Positions 41,213 through 41,305 of a stretch of DNA of 41,305 bases are shown one piece after another (the first letter of the stretch is position 1; every line of letters starts with the position of its first letter). The DNA comes from a virus. The position numbers were made by a program, and so were the translations under genes. Under the pieces are notes generated by a model that saw only the letters and a list, made by a program, of their open reading frames with translations, was not told the DNA's origin and searched no databases. Where the stretch lies: IMG/VR virus record IMGVR_UViG_3300021400_000038, positions 1-41,305 of that record, one strand, 5' to 3'.

Positions 41213-41305
41213 ACTGTATATCGGCTCCTTTCTCGCTTCCGTTCTCCCGCTCCTGCTCCTGCTCATCTTCCGTTTGGACGCTTACGTCAAGAGCGTCCCG
41301 GCGGG
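41193..41305 (+). CDS. True 5' end of the junction-spanning membrane-protein gene (continues at nt 1; nt 41199-41305 duplicate nt 1-107).
   Basis: GAGGT-N8-ATG at 41193. Overlaps the stop of the upstream gene by 20 nt. Confidence 0.7.
   Translation, partial: MTKKLLKLYIGSFLASVLPLLLLLIFRLDAYVKSVPA
41199..41305. repeat. Second copy of the 107-nt terminal duplication.
   Basis: Identical to nt 1-107. Confidence 0.95.

Overview
The window is one complete temperate phage genome of about 41.2 kb. Nt 1-107 are identical to nt 41199-41305, so the contig closes on itself, and one gene (ATG at 41193) reads across the junction. Almost all genes are on the + strand.

Layout:
- 11.2-14.3 kb: a terminator-insulated six-gene accessory module.
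- 14.4-18.3 kb: lysogeny module. It holds attP, a tyrosine integrase, a candidate type I toxin/antisense-RNA pair, an XRE-lipoprotein operon, a cI-like HTH-S24 repressor and a cro-like gene.
- 18.4-27.2 kb: early genes. These include YqaJ-like exonuclease plus RecT, a DUF4373-type replication initiator, a PAPS-reductase-like PP-loop protein, an ASCH-like protein, a DUF1064-like protein and many small Cys-rich ORFs.
- 27.4-41.2 kb: packaging and morphogenesis (terS, terL, portal, scaffold, capsid, adaptor-like, nozzle-like, two fibre/spike proteins).
- 40.6 kb through the junction to 11.2 kb: three membrane proteins, a 335-aa protein and one 2,989-aa ORF.

I see no tail tube, sheath or tape-measure genes, so the layout looks podovirus-like. 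Strong AGGAGG-type ribosome sites, a lipobox lipoprotein and an S24 repressor suggest a Firmicutes (Clostridia-like) host. That host call is inference only.

Most interesting observations:
1. The giant polyvalent-type ORF. Its central lower-GC modules are separated by four [AVI]RFS[RL] linkers, and one ART-like module is flanked by a perfect 20-nt in-frame direct repeat.
2. An unlisted 28-aa hydrophobic peptide gene with a sequestered SD, facing a consensus antisense promoter and terminator (type I TA architecture).
3. The accessory module encoding Gly/Cys-rich, C1q/BclA-C-like and Ser/Arg/Tyr-rich proteins, in a genome where I cannot recognise a canonical endolysin.
4. An attP whose putative core looks like a tRNA 3' end followed by a phage-supplied terminator.

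All family assignments come from motifs read by eye. No searches were run and GC statements are visual estimates.
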